From Meiothermus sp. (lineage in GTDB: Bacteria; Deinococcota; Deinococci; Deinococcales; Thermaceae), in the NCBI GenBank assembly GCA_033762915.1, contig JANRLD010000079.1, positions 1 through 16,836 on the forward strand: a DNA stretch of 16,836 nucleotides, read 5' to 3'. This document shows, piece by piece, positions 16,206 to 16,836 of the stretch. Under the pieces are notes generated by a model. That model ran no database searches and had not been told where the DNA came from. It worked only from the letters and a program-made list of their open reading frames with translations. Numbering within the stretch: position 1 is the stretch's first letter; each line of letters starts with the position of its first letter. The position numbers and the translations under genes were made by a program.

Positions 16206-16836
16206 CTACGATTGGGCCTGCCGCGTCCCATTGCCCACCCGCACCGCCCAGATGCCGCCCAGAATCAGGATGGCGAAGGTGACGGCCAGGAAGAACTCCT
16301 TGGGCAGGTAGAGCATCAGCTGTTTGTTGTTGAGCAGGACCTCGGCCCCGTGGTTCCAGCCCTCGAGGGTCAGCTTCAGGCCCGCCCAGCCCACTACCGC
16401 GTAGGCCACCGCCTCGAGCTTTGGATACCGCTCCATCACCACGATCATCGCGCCCGCCGCCAGCCGGATCACCAGAATCCCAATCGCCACGCCGGTGAAG
16501 ATGACCCAGAAGTTCTCGCTGAAGGCCACCACCACCAGCACCGAGTCGATGGCGAAGGCCAGGTCCACCACGTTGACCATCACCACGATGCGCCAGAAGG
16601 CCTTGGCGGCCTCCTCCTGCACGGTCTGCTCGAGGGCTTTCTCTTCCTCGCCGTGCGGTTTCTTGGCCAGGAAGAACTTGCCCGCTAGGTAGATTAGGTA
16701 CAGCCCGCCCAGGAGCTGTATCCACCAGACGTTGATGATGACGGTGGCGAACAGCAAGGCCAGGCCGCGCAGGATGTAGGCCCCGATGATGCCGTAGAGC
16801 AGGGCCTTGCGGCGCAGATCGGGGGGCAGGGGCCGC
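16206..16836 (-). CDS. Second TerC-family membrane protein, 5' end beyond the window
   Basis: Frame stays open to the edge: RPLPPDLRRKALLYGIIGAYILRGLALLFA...VVDLAFAIDSVLVVVAF...YPKLE. Confidence 0.93.
   Translation of the reverse strand, partial: RPLPPDLRRKALLYGIIGAYILRGLALLFATVIINVWWIQLLGGLYLIYLAGKFFLAKKPHGEEEKALEQTVQEEAAKAFWRIVVMVNVVDLAFAIDSVLVVVAFSENFWVIFTGVAIGILVIRLAAGAMIVVMERYPKLEAVAYAVVGWAGLKLTLEGWNHGAEVLLNNKQLMLYLPKEFFLAVTFAILILGGIWAVRVGNGTRQAQS

Overview
High-GC chromosomal window that looks like Deinococcota (Meiothermus/Thermus-like). This is inferred from very frequent CTCGAG, TAnnnT boxes 6-7 nt before many start codons, and a PlsY-reductase fusion. The left part is an accessory patch: the 3' end of a Roadblock/LC7 gene; a divergent DoxX/TetR cassette with twin operators, bracketed by imperfect direct repeats; an AT-rich, CTCGAG-free two-gene operon encoding an NA37/YejK-like nucleoid-associated protein and a RelA/SpoT small alarmone synthetase (the best candidate for an undescribed defence or toxin-antitoxin system); and a junction scar with GMC-oxidoreductase and HNH-nuclease remnants. 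The rest is host-like: DSD1-family PLP enzyme, a hypothetical protein, glpK, a decayed ABC-transporter/DesR-type two-component operon, a CMD/AhpD protein, a lipoprotein, an MFS transporter, a GT2 glycosyltransferase, a PlsY-acyl-ACP-reductase-like fusion, and tandem TerC genes with a yybP-ykoY Mn2+ riboswitch between them. A dispersed structured intergenic repeat of about 100 nt occurs in four degenerate copies. All family calls come from motif recognition by eye; no searches were run.
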